From contig CAWJEN010000006.1 in assembly GCA_963841915.1 (NCBI GenBank), forward strand, positions 960,001 to 1,024,000: a DNA stretch of 64,000 bases, in the 5' to 3' direction. This DNA comes from an uncultured Planctomycetota bacterium (GTDB lineage: Bacteria; Planctomycetota; Phycisphaerae; Tepidisphaerales; Tepidisphaeraceae). The position numbers and the translations under genes were made by a program. Below the pieces are notes generated by a model. That model was not told the origin of the DNA and did no database searches. It saw nothing but the letters and a program-made list of their open reading frames with translations. This document shows, piece after piece, positions 48,009-57,045 of the stretch (position 1 is its first letter; the number at the start of each line of letters is the position of its first letter).

Positions 48009-48780
48009 AGCCCTCGACGGCCGCGTCGGGTTCGTGCCGACGATGGGTGCGTTGCACGCGGGTCACTTGTCGCTCGTCGAGCAGGCTGCGTTTCACGTGG
48101 AACATGTCGCGGCCAGCGTCTTTGTGAACCCGACGCAGTTCAACGACCCGGCCGACTTCGACAAGTACCCGCGGACGCTCGATGACGATCTGGCCATGCT
48201 GGAGAAGGCGGGCGTGGAGCTGGTGTTCTGCCCGGAGCCGGGCGAGGTCTATCGACCGGGCGAGGCGGACGTGGCGGTCGACGTGCCGGCACTCACCGGA
48301 CGCTTGGAAGGGGCACATCGACCGGGTCACTTCGCCGGCGTTTGCCGGGTGGTGTTGAAGCTGTTCAACATCGTGCGGCCGGACGTGGCGGTGTTCGGCA
48401 GCAAGGATTTTCAGCAGCTTCGCGTGATCGAGGCGATGGTCCGCGGGCTCGACCTGCCGATCGAGATCATTGCTGCTCCGATCGTGCGGGAGGACGACGG
48501 TCTGGCCATGAGCAGTCGCAACCGACGCCTTTCCGAGACGGAGCGGTCGGCAGTCGTGGCCATACCCGAAGCCTTGCAGGACGCGACGGCAGACGATCGG
48601 CCGTTGCGGCTCGTCGAGCGAGAGGTGCGGGCCAAGCTCACGCGGGCGTGGCTGCGGGTCGACTACGTCGAGGCGGTCGATCCGGTCTCGCTGCAGTCGG
48701 CCCAGGAGCGGCCTGCCCGGCTGGTGGTCGCTGCCTACGCGGGAGAGGTTCGGCTGATCGACAACGTCCGACTTGGCTGA
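47965..48780 (+). CDS. panC: Pantoate--beta-alanine ligase
   Basis: VPTMGALHAGH, FVNPTQF, RPGHFAGV, GLAMSSRN, RLIDN. Confidence 0.97.
   Translation: MQVCRTISEMRQAREALDGRVGFVPTMGALHAGHLSLVEQAAFHVEHVAASVFVNPTQFNDPADFDKYPRTLDDDLAMLEKAGVELVFCPEPGEVYRPGEADVAVDVPALTGRLEGAHRPGHFAGVCRVVLKLFNIVRPDVAVFGSKDFQQLRVIEAMVRGLDLPIEIIAAPIVREDDGLAMSSRNRRLSETERSAVVAIPEALQDATADDRPLRLVEREVRAKLTRAWLRVDYVEAVDPVSLQSAQERPARLVVAAYAGEVRLIDNVRLG
48089..48104. promoter_or_regulatory. parS site 3, inside panC
   Basis: CGTTTCACGTGGAACA. Confidence 0.8.
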
Positions 48781-48840
48781 TGTTCAAGGTACGGGAGCGT
48801 CTTTGCCGCGGGTGTTGTCGGGTCGAATAGACTGCAGAAC

Positions 48841-49839
48841 GTGCTGCGCGAACTCTTTCGGATTCCGTTCATCGACTGGCCTGTCTACGGGTACGGGCTC
48901 ATGCTCGTGCTCGGCGTGTGGGCTTCGATCGAACTCGGCAAGCGGCTGTTCAAGATCTTCGGACTCAACGGTGACGACTTCGTCACGATCGGCGTGCTCG
49001 GCCTCGTCAGCGGCGTCGTCGGGGCCAGGCTCAGTCACGTGCTGGAGAACTTCGGCACCTACACCAGCGCCGAGCGGAGCATCGGAGACAACTTCCTTGC
49101 GGCCATAAACATCACCGGGGGCGGACTGACCTTTTACGGCGGCTTCCTCATGGCGACGGCGGTGCTGCTGCTCTACGGTCGCGTCAAGGGCTTGCCGATC
49201 CGACTGTCGATTGACATCGTCGGACCGTGCCTCATGTTCGGCCTGGCGTTTGGTCGCGTGGGATGTTTGCTCAACGGCTGCTGCTGGGGCCAGGTGTGCC
49301 ACGTGGAACAAGTGCCCTGGGCTATCACGTTTCCGTACGACTCACCGGCCGTTGATTTTCAACTGGAAACGGGGCAACTCAAACCCGGCGTGGATGTCCC
49401 GCAGGAGCTGGTCGGTTATGTCGAGACGGACGAAGGCCTGATCCCGACGACGCTCAACCAGCAGCAGGTACAAGCCGACCCGCGACTGGCGGAGATGGCT
49501 CGCAGCGTCCGGTCGCTGCCGGTCCACCCGACGCAGCTCTACAGCGTGCTCAATGCCCTCATCATCGCTGCAACGCTCCTGGCCTTCCTGACGACACGAC
49601 CGGCTCCGGGCAGGGTGTTCGCGCTGATGTTGCTCCTGTACGGCCCGTCACGATTTGCCTTGGAAACGCTGAGGGTCAACACGCGCCTCACGGGCAACCT
49701 GACGTACTCCATGTGGGTCAGCGTTGGTGTCACAACGGCCGGTGTATTGCTGTGGGTCGCCAGCGGCTACCTCGCCCGTCGCATGCCGTCAAAGACGAGC
49801 GACAGCAGCTTGCCCGCATCATCGACGACTGTCGCCTGA
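48841..49839 (+). CDS. lgt: Prolipoprotein diacylglyceryl transferase
   Basis: YGYGLM, GARL, GGLTFYGG, GRVGCLLNGCCWG, HPTQLY, RFALETLR. Confidence 0.93.
   Translation: MLRELFRIPFIDWPVYGYGLMLVLGVWASIELGKRLFKIFGLNGDDFVTIGVLGLVSGVVGARLSHVLENFGTYTSAERSIGDNFLAAINITGGGLTFYGGFLMATAVLLLYGRVKGLPIRLSIDIVGPCLMFGLAFGRVGCLLNGCCWGQVCHVEQVPWAITFPYDSPAVDFQLETGQLKPGVDVPQELVGYVETDEGLIPTTLNQQQVQADPRLAEMARSVRSLPVHPTQLYSVLNALIIAATLLAFLTTRPAPGRVFALMLLLYGPSRFALETLRVNTRLTGNLTYSMWVSVGVTTAGVLLWVASGYLARRMPSKTSDSSLPASSTTVA
49295..49310. promoter_or_regulatory. parS-like site 4, inside lgt
   Basis: TGTGCCACGTGGAACA, one mismatch to sites 1 and 2. Confidence 0.65.
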
Positions 49840-50771
49840 CCGGCAACCACGATTTCGGCCCCAGCCGGCCAGACGTCGCGGAGTTTGACCCAGTCTTTGC
49901 CGGTGACGACAGCCACGCCACCGTCAGGTGTGCGGGCGACGATGTTGGCAGCGTCTGAGGCTGAAAAGACGTGATGGTCCGAAAACATGAGGGTGTCTCG
50001 CACTTCAACCCCCTCGGCAACGAGAGCGTCGACGAAGGCTTGAGGATGGCCGATACCGCAGGCCACAATTGCCGGCCGTCCAGCGACCGCCGCAACATGA
50101 AGTGCGAATCGGCTGGTGAAAGTCGGTGCACGTGTCAACCTCTCGACCTCGCGTCGGGCAGCCGCGGCATCCGCCAAATCGCTCCTTGTGATCAGCACTG
50201 CCGAGGCCCGTCGCAGCCCCTCCACCGGCTCCCGCAAGAGGCCACCCGGCAGAAGCCGGCCATACCCGAATGGCCGCGTCGCGTCGATCAGCACGAGGTC
50301 GACATCCCGCGCCGCTCGCCGGTGTTGAAAACCGTCGTCGAGCACAAAGCACGTCACCTCCGGCCGTTCATTCAGTACCTGTTTGGCCGCCTCGACACGC
50401 TTCGGGTGCGACGCGAAGGCGATCGAATCACCGAGCAGGGACTGGAGCAACTTTGTCTCGTCTGACGTCTCACCGGGAGCTGCTTTGTACCCTCGACTCA
50501 GCACTGCCGGCCGCTCACCTGCGTCGAGCAACTGTCGGCACAGCCATGCCACGACGGGCGTTTTCCCGGTACCGCCTACGGTGATGTTGCCGATGGAAAT
50601 GGTCGGTCTGCCAAGACGTTCGACGTTGTTCCCTCTATTGAAGCCGACGTTGCGAAGCGACACTGCAGCTTGGTATGGAAGCGACATCAAGCCGAGCCCG
50701 TGCCGCACCAAGCGCCAGCACAAGCTCTTCTTCCTGCCGCTGACGATGTCGTGAAAGAGACGCTCCATCAT
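49767..50771 (-). CDS. lpxK: Tetraacyldisaccharide 4'-kinase
   Basis: SIGNITVGGTGKTP, LSRGY, LDDGFQH, LPGGLLREP, TGKDWVK. Confidence 0.93.
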   Translation of the reverse strand: MMERLFHDIVSGRKKSLCWRLVRHGLGLMSLPYQAAVSLRNVGFNRGNNVERLGRPTISIGNITVGGTGKTPVVAWLCRQLLDAGERPAVLSRGYKAAPGETSDETKLLQSLLGDSIAFASHPKRVEAAKQVLNERPEVTCFVLDDGFQHRRAARDVDLVLIDATRPFGYGRLLPGGLLREPVEGLRRASAVLITRSDLADAAAARREVERLTRAPTFTSRFALHVAAVAGRPAIVACGIGHPQAFVDALVAEGVEVRDTLMFSDHHVFSASDAANIVARTPDGGVAVVTGKDWVKLRDVWPAGAEIVVAGQATVVDDAGKLLSLVFDGMRRAR

Positions 50772-51697
50772 GAGTAGATGCCGAGCTTCTTCGGGTCACA
50801 GACGACAGATCGTGACGATATGCGAGCCACATCGAATGCTTCGACCCAAGCTTCGATGCTGTCGTCCTCGCCAATGTTGAAGTTGCACCAACCGGCAAGA
50901 AGCTGACGGACACGGCCGGGTGACCAGCTGAGCTCTCGCAGCTGCGCGACGCGTGTGTCGCCGTGCCTTTTGGCCAGCTTTCGACCATCCACCCCAACCA
51001 CCAGGGGCAGATGCAGGTAACGCACCTCGCCTGCTCCGGGATACAGGAGTCGACGCAAGTACGTCTGACGCACTGAGCTGTCGCGAAGGTCATCGCCTCG
51101 AACGATGTGCGTCACGCCATAGTCGAAATCGTCGACAGCCGACGCCAGCTGATACGAGATGCCACCATCTGCCCGCTGTATGACAAAAGCGCCGAGGTCG
51201 GCCAAGTCATGGGCCTCTACTCGACCCTGAAGATCAGATAGGACAACCTGACCCTCAACCTGCAGGCGAAGAACATCACCGCTGGTTCGAGTCGCCATCG
51301 CTCGTCCCGAACACGCTCCTTGATAGACAGCTGCCCCGTCCTCCGAGACTGCGCTCGCAGTAGCAATGACATCTGCGCGTGAGCAACTGCAAGGGAAAAC
51401 ACGCCCGGCCTGGGAGATTTGAGTGACGACATTCTCGTAATGAGGCACTCGCGACGAAGGGAGTGGCGTCATCTGACCCCAGTCAAGACCCAACCATCGC
51501 AAGTCGCGCTGGGCCGCGGCGACCGCGCCCGGTTTGTTCCGCGGCCCGTCTAAATCATCAATCCGCAGGAGCACTTGCCAATCAAGCTGCTTCGCCATCG
51601 CCCACTGGACGATAAAGGTTCTCGCGTTTCCAAGGTGCAACGCCCCGGTCGGCGACGGGGCGAGACGGGTAATCGACTGCTTCAGTACGTGGGTCAA
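50768..51697 (-). CDS. gluQ: Glutamyl-Q tRNA(Asp) synthetase-like protein
   Basis: RLAPSPTGALHLGN, LRIDDLD, CSCSR, RGDDL, KLAKR; no anticodon-binding domain; start uncertain. Confidence 0.85.
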   Translation of the reverse strand: MTHVLKQSITRLAPSPTGALHLGNARTFIVQWAMAKQLDWQVLLRIDDLDGPRNKPGAVAAAQRDLRWLGLDWGQMTPLPSSRVPHYENVVTQISQAGRVFPCSCSRADVIATASAVSEDGAAVYQGACSGRAMATRTSGDVLRLQVEGQVVLSDLQGRVEAHDLADLGAFVIQRADGGISYQLASAVDDFDYGVTHIVRGDDLRDSSVRQTYLRRLLYPGAGEVRYLHLPLVVGVDGRKLAKRHGDTRVAQLRELSWSPGRVRQLLAGWCNFNIGEDDSIEAWVEAFDVARISSRSVVCDPKKLGIYS

Positions 51698-51874
51698 AAG
51701 GATGATGCAATCTGTCGCAGAGAAAAAGATATTCGTCTTTTCATAGTAAGGCCGTACGCTAGCATCGGACGAAGCGGCAGACCTTTGTGAAATGGTCAGT
51801 CGCGACGCCGGGTGCGAGACGGGATTTCGGCAGGAGTAGTCCTCCTGTGTTCTGAACCTCTTCAGCCAAGTAAC

Positions 51875-52285
51875 ATGCCACGCGGACGCCCCAAGAAGCA
51901 GCCATCTATCGCCGAACTTCAAGAGATGATCCGCGCTCGTCGCGGAGAACGGACCAAACTCCTCGGTGAGCGAAAGAAGGTCCAGGCTAAGCTAGACAAG
52001 ATCGATCGTCAGATTGCCGCCTATGACGGCGACGATGGCAACGGTGGTGGTGGCTACGGCAGCCGCCCGCGGAACGCTAAGCCCCTGCCCGATGTCATCG
52101 CCGACGTATTCAAGGCGAACAGTAACAAGACGATGCGCATCAAGGATGTCGCGGAAGCCGTCGAGAAAGCCGGCTACCAAAGCAACAGCAGCAATTTCCG
52201 CGGTATCGTCAACCAGACGCTCATCAAAGAAGCTCGGTTCAAGCAAGAGGGTCGCGGCGCTTATCGCCTCGCCAAGGGAGGCTAG
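51875..52285 (+). CDS. Small basic DNA-binding protein (AT-hook-like, coiled coil, winged helix)
   Basis: MPRGRPKK; heptad-rich helix; Gly linker; MRIKDVAEAVEKAGY..VNQTLI..FKQEGRGAYRL. Confidence 0.7.
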   Translation: MPRGRPKKQPSIAELQEMIRARRGERTKLLGERKKVQAKLDKIDRQIAAYDGDDGNGGGGYGSRPRNAKPLPDVIADVFKANSNKTMRIKDVAEAVEKAGYQSNSSNFRGIVNQTLIKEARFKQEGRGAYRLAKGG

Positions 52286-52334
52286 CCCCTTCACCCTGAG
52301 ATGAGGCTGTGTCCATTGCCTCAAAAAGTTGACC

Positions 52335-52400
52335 GTGCGTGTTTGGGATCAGACACGCACGGCGCTTGCTTTGGAAGAGACCATCCATCGACCGATGGAT
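52335..52400. terminator. Two hairpins between convergent genes
   Basis: gtgcgtgtttg/cagacacgcac and atccatcg/cgatggat. Confidence 0.45.
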
Positions 52401-52418
52401 ACGAGACATTGCGTTAAG

Positions 52419-52838
52419 CTAGTATAGTGGTCCGTCGCCGACATCGCTGTTCCACAAATTGATACCGCCGGCAAGGCTCTTGACGTTGTCAAAGCCTTGA
52501 TTCCTTAGTGCATCTACGAAGGTGAGTGATCGGACGCCGCTGCGACAGTAGATGACGAGCTCCTTCGCCCGGAGCGGCTCGACGACCTCGTCGAAGCATT
52601 GCGCGAGCGACTGCAGCGGAACGAGCATCGACGGCTCTATCTTCGTGATTTCACGCTCGTGAGGAAGTCGACAATCGATGAGGATGACGTCACGGCGCTG
52701 TTTTAAAGCGGCGTAGAGTTGACGTGGCGTAATTTCACGAGAGTCATCTAGCCGATATCCTGCCGGCAAGCCACCTGCATCGAGCGCTTCTTGAGGTTCA
52801 TCTGGCACGTCGGATGGTAGACGCGAGCAGGTTGGCAT
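52419..52838 (-). CDS. Rhodanese-like protein
   Basis: LIDCR..E, YCRSGVRS, SLAGGINLW. Confidence 0.9.
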   Translation of the reverse strand: MPTCSRLPSDVPDEPQEALDAGGLPAGYRLDDSREITPRQLYAALKQRRDVILIDCRLPHEREITKIEPSMLVPLQSLAQCFDEVVEPLRAKELVIYCRSGVRSLTFVDALRNQGFDNVKSLAGGINLWNSDVGDGPLY

Positions 52839-52854
52839 TCGCTATGATGCGATC

Positions 52855-53586
52855 ATGCAACGTGTCATGATCGCTCTGGTTGGCCTGCTCACGACTGCCG
52901 CCCTGGCGAGCGCAGACAAGTCTTACGACGCGCTGCTGAAGCAATACGTCACGCCCAACGGCTTCGTCAACTACGACGGGCTCGCAGCCGATCGAGAGTC
53001 GCTCGACACCTACATCGGCGGTTTGGCGACAGTGGACCTTGCGTCGCTGTCTGGTGACGATCGGCTCGCGACGCTCATCAACGCATACAACGCCTTCATG
53101 CTCGAGACGATTCTCGAGAACCGACCGATTGACAAAGTCACTGACATCGATGGCGTCTTCAAGCAGGAGCGGTTCATTCTCGCCGGCGAGCCGGTGTCAC
53201 TGGACGAGGTGGAGCACGAGATGATCCGCAAGCAGTTTGACGAGCCGAGGATCCACTGGGCCGTCAATTGCGCCGCCTTATCGTGCCCGCCGCTCCGGGC
53301 CGAGGCATACACCGGCGAGCGGCTCGAGGAGCAGTTGGCCGACCAGACGCAACGCGTGCACGCCGATGCGAAGTTTGTCGACTACGACGGCGGTGACACG
53401 ATCACACTGAGCGGTTTGTACAGCTACTACGCCGACGACTTCAAGCAAGGCCACGACAGCGTCTTGCCGTACGTCGCGCAGTACGTGCCGGCACTGAGGG
53501 AGCAGCTCGAAGCCGGAAATGCTCCGTCCATCGAGTACAACAAGTACGATTGGACGCCCAACGATGCCGCTCTGCACGCAGATTGA
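52855..53586 (+). CDS. DUF547-like exported protein
   Basis: INAYNA, SLDEVEH, EPRIHWAVNCAALSCP, YDW. Confidence 0.9.
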   Translation: MQRVMIALVGLLTTAALASADKSYDALLKQYVTPNGFVNYDGLAADRESLDTYIGGLATVDLASLSGDDRLATLINAYNAFMLETILENRPIDKVTDIDGVFKQERFILAGEPVSLDEVEHEMIRKQFDEPRIHWAVNCAALSCPPLRAEAYTGERLEEQLADQTQRVHADAKFVDYDGGDTITLSGLYSYYADDFKQGHDSVLPYVAQYVPALREQLEAGNAPSIEYNKYDWTPNDAALHAD

Positions 53587-53624
53587 AGCGTGATGATCGT
53601 CAGCCTTGCTAACCCGGAGGAGCT

Positions 53625-54944
53625 ATGAGAAAGATCCTTACCGCCGCCTTGTTGTTGAGCCTCGCTGCTTCAACGGCGACAGGTGATGTGCTTGTACTCA
53701 TCGACGGCGAGCAAATCGTCGGCGAGGTGCGGCGAGAGCATCGCAATGGGCAGGACGGCTACCTTGTCAGCATCGGCAACGAGCAACGCTTCATCCGGCT
53801 CGATCGCGTGCGACGCCATGTCATCGGTCGCGACACGGTGGAGGCACCGGAGCCGCTTGGAGATGCATCAGAGGACGCAATTCGCCTCGAGTCGCTACGA
53901 CGCGCGACGGCTGGCTTGACCGATATAGACCTCACTCTGAAGAAGTACGACGCGTTTCTCGATGATGCGATGGACGCAGCGGTCGTGATTGCTGCCAATG
54001 CCGATCGTCGTCAATGGGAACTTCGACAGGTCGGCGGATTCGTCAAGGTCGGCGACGACTGGATGACGCCAGCCGACCGCCAGACGCTGCTCGCCGCAGC
54101 GCTGGCCCGCATCGATGACGCTCGTCAAGCCGTTTCGCAGGACGCAGCAGACGCTTTGCCTTTGGTAGAGTCGCTACTGGCTGATCCGCTGACCCAGCCG
54201 GCAGGCGCGTACCTGTCGGGGGTCGTCGCACTGCAGGCGGGTCAACTTTCAACCGCCCGTCAGCAGTTTGAGCGTGTACGGGCGGTCAATCCGACGCACG
54301 CACCGACGCTGGTCAACCTAGCCGTGATTCAGACGCAACTCGGTCGACCGGAGCGGGCGACGTGGTTCATGGCAGAGGCCATCGCTGCGGCATCCGACCG
54401 TCGCTCCGTACTCGACGCGGCCGCAGAGTTGCTGAACATGCTCGATGAACCGCGTGACCGCAACGCCGAGAAACTGGCGGCGGTCTTTGCAGAACACGAT
54501 AAGACGATGCAGCAACAGCTCAAGGAACAGGGCCTTTATCGATACGGTGGCATCTGGATCGACGCAGAACGACGCAAAGCTATCGAGGAAGAGCAGGCGG
54601 AGGTAGAAGCAGCAGTGGGCGAGCTCAAGTCGCAGTACGACACGCTGGCCCAGGAGATCCGCCTGATCGAGCGGGAGGTGTCTGCCAACGAGGCAGCGAT
54701 GCGGCAGATCGAGATTCAGAGCACTGTCCGCGACGCAGAAGGTCGCTTGATCCGCCTGCCGTTACCGGCCGAATTCGGCAGACTTCAGGCGGACAATGAG
54801 CGGTTGATCGTTGACCGGAACCAGCTTGTCGCTCAAGCCACACAGCTGGAGAACGAGGCCCAACAGCTTCGACAGGCCGTCGACCGAGGCTCGTTCACCG
54901 GCAAGATGGAACCCGTTGGCGCTGACGGTGTGCCGGTGCCTTGA
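53625..54944 (+). CDS. Exported TPR/coiled-coil protein
   Basis: Signal peptide; TPR-like NPTHAPTLVNLAVI; long C-terminal coiled coil. Confidence 0.75.
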   Translation: MRKILTAALLLSLAASTATGDVLVLIDGEQIVGEVRREHRNGQDGYLVSIGNEQRFIRLDRVRRHVIGRDTVEAPEPLGDASEDAIRLESLRRATAGLTDIDLTLKKYDAFLDDAMDAAVVIAANADRRQWELRQVGGFVKVGDDWMTPADRQTLLAAALARIDDARQAVSQDAADALPLVESLLADPLTQPAGAYLSGVVALQAGQLSTARQQFERVRAVNPTHAPTLVNLAVIQTQLGRPERATWFMAEAIAAASDRRSVLDAAAELLNMLDEPRDRNAEKLAAVFAEHDKTMQQQLKEQGLYRYGGIWIDAERRKAIEEEQAEVEAAVGELKSQYDTLAQEIRLIEREVSANEAAMRQIEIQSTVRDAEGRLIRLPLPAEFGRLQADNERLIVDRNQLVAQATQLENEAQQLRQAVDRGSFTGKMEPVGADGVPVP

Positions 54945-54956
54945 AAAAGCCGTCGC

Positions 54957-56981
54957 TCAAGCACCGGCCAACACAGGCTGCGGCGTGATGACGTCGCGGT
55001 GAATTCGTTCTTCGAAAGCATCTTCTATAGGCGTCGCGTCGAGTTCTTCGCCCTGCCGGACCAGTCGGGCCGAGTTGAAGACGACGATGATGCTTGACAG
55101 CGTTTGCAACGCAGCGGCAACGATCGGGTCGATATAGCCGGCCGCGGCCAGCAGGCCGAAGACGATGATGAAGGCCAGGCTGATGCCGATGCCTTGCATA
55201 ATCACGCGGCCGCTTTGACGCGCCAGACGCTGCAAGAACGGCACGCGGTCCAGCCGGTTGTTCATGAGCGCGACGTTGGCACTGCTAATGGCGACGTCGC
55301 TACCGGCGGCACCCATGGCGATGCTGAGATCGCCCGCTGCCAAGGCCGGTGCGTCGTTGACGCCGTCACCGACGACGGCAGTGACGAGGCCCTTCTGCTT
55401 AAGACCCTCGACCACTTTGAGCTTGTCGGCAGGCAGCACTTCGCCCTGTACGTCGGTGCAGCCGGTCTCTGCCGCGACACGCCGGGCGACGCTCCAACGG
55501 TCACCGCTGACCATGACCACCTGGCGGACGCCTTGCGTTTTGAGCAGGCTGACAGCTTCGGCAGCGTCGTCGCGGACCTTATCCTCCAAGCCGATCCAGC
55601 CGAGCAGCCTGCCGCCGCGGGCGACGTAGAGCACGCTGATGCCGTCCGGCGGTTGCTTGTCTTCGGCGAGCTCTACCGCGACGCCGTTGTCACCAAGCCA
55701 CGCCTCGCGACCGACGACGATGGTGTCGCCGTTGATGCGTCCGCGGACACCGAGGCCGCCCGTCTCTTCGAAGTCTTCAACCGGATCGACCTGCACGCGG
55801 GCCCGCTCGGCTGTTGCGACAACGGCTCGCGCAACGGGGTGCGTCGAGTTTTTCTCGACTGCGACGGCTGCGGCAAGCAGGTCGGCCGGCTCGACGCCGT
55901 CGACGGGTGCCAGGCGAGAAACGCTCAGGCGGCCAGTGGTGAGGGTGCCCGTCTTGTCGAGTACAACCGCAGAGAGATTTCGTGCCCGCTCGAGAACGCT
56001 GACATCTTTGATGAGAATGCCGAGCCGTGCCGCCGCAGATAAAGCGGCAACCATGGCGGTCGGCGTGGCGAGGATGATGCCGGCCGGGCTGCCGACAATG
56101 AGCAGCGCGACAAATCGGGGTGTGTCGTTCGTAAAGAACCAGACGACGGCTGCCACCATCAGCATCGTCGGGGTGTGATAGCTTGCGTAGGCGTCGGCGA
56201 GGCGCTGGGTGGCCGTCTTGCTCTGCTCCGCGTGGAGCACCAGATCCTGAACGCGGCCCAGCGTCGTGTCGCTGCCGGCGTGGGTGATGCGGACGTCGAG
56301 AGCGCCGGTCAGATTCGTCGTGCCACCGAAGACATCGGTGCCCTCGTCGACATCAACCGGCAGCGACTCGCCGGTGATGTTTGCCTGGTTGATGCTGCTC
56401 GTACCGCGAACGATCGTGCCGTCGCCCGGCAGGTTGTCACCCGGCTTGACGCGGACAACATCGCCGGGCTGCAGGTCTTTGGCCTCGACCTGCGACTCGC
56501 TGCCGTCGTCGTTGATCTTGAGCGCCGTAGTCGGCGTCAGGCGGAGCAACCGCTCGATCGTCCGCCGCGCGCCGAGAGCGGTACGGCTTTCGATGAGCGT
56601 CGACAGCGTCATGAAGAACGCGATCCAGCCAGCCGTCGTGTAAAGCGACTCTGCAAAGGCTGCCAGAACGGCCACCGCGGCAAGAACGCTGACGCCGAGC
56701 CGGCCTTGCCAAATGTCCTTCAGCGCGTCGACGATGATCGGAACGCCGAGCAGCAACGCTGCGAGGATGGCTGCGACGCTCGCATGGAAGTTGGCACCGC
56801 CTGCCGCGTCGTCGAAGGCGAAGCTGGCGGCGAATGCGACGAGCAACAGCACACCGCCGAAGAGCGTCATCACCAGCCGTGGCCCCACGGAGCGGGTCTC
56901 GCTCGGCTGATGGTCGGCCGGCTTTGCCGGTGTCGAGGCGGCGGTGGACTCGAAGATCGACGAAGGGCTTGCGGTGGTCAT
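54957..56981 (-). CDS. P1B-type ATPase with atypical membrane motifs
   Basis: TGES, DKTGT, HP, GDGVNDAPAL; TM6 reads IVGSPAG instead of CPC/SPC/CPH. Confidence 0.92.
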   Translation of the reverse strand: MTTASPSSIFESTAASTPAKPADHQPSETRSVGPRLVMTLFGGVLLLVAFAASFAFDDAAGGANFHASVAAILAALLLGVPIIVDALKDIWQGRLGVSVLAAVAVLAAFAESLYTTAGWIAFFMTLSTLIESRTALGARRTIERLLRLTPTTALKINDDGSESQVEAKDLQPGDVVRVKPGDNLPGDGTIVRGTSSINQANITGESLPVDVDEGTDVFGGTTNLTGALDVRITHAGSDTTLGRVQDLVLHAEQSKTATQRLADAYASYHTPTMLMVAAVVWFFTNDTPRFVALLIVGSPAGIILATPTAMVAALSAAARLGILIKDVSVLERARNLSAVVLDKTGTLTTGRLSVSRLAPVDGVEPADLLAAAVAVEKNSTHPVARAVVATAERARVQVDPVEDFEETGGLGVRGRINGDTIVVGREAWLGDNGVAVELAEDKQPPDGISVLYVARGGRLLGWIGLEDKVRDDAAEAVSLLKTQGVRQVVMVSGDRWSVARRVAAETGCTDVQGEVLPADKLKVVEGLKQKGLVTAVVGDGVNDAPALAAGDLSIAMGAAGSDVAISSANVALMNNRLDRVPFLQRLARQSGRVIMQGIGISLAFIIVFGLLAAAGYIDPIVAAALQTLSSIIVVFNSARLVRQGEELDATPIEDAFEERIHRDVITPQPVLAGA

Positions 56982-57045
56982 GCGTCGGCTCCTGCCAACC
57001 GTAGTGCCGTCGGACTTCGGATCCAAAAGCGCCTGATGCCCGCCG

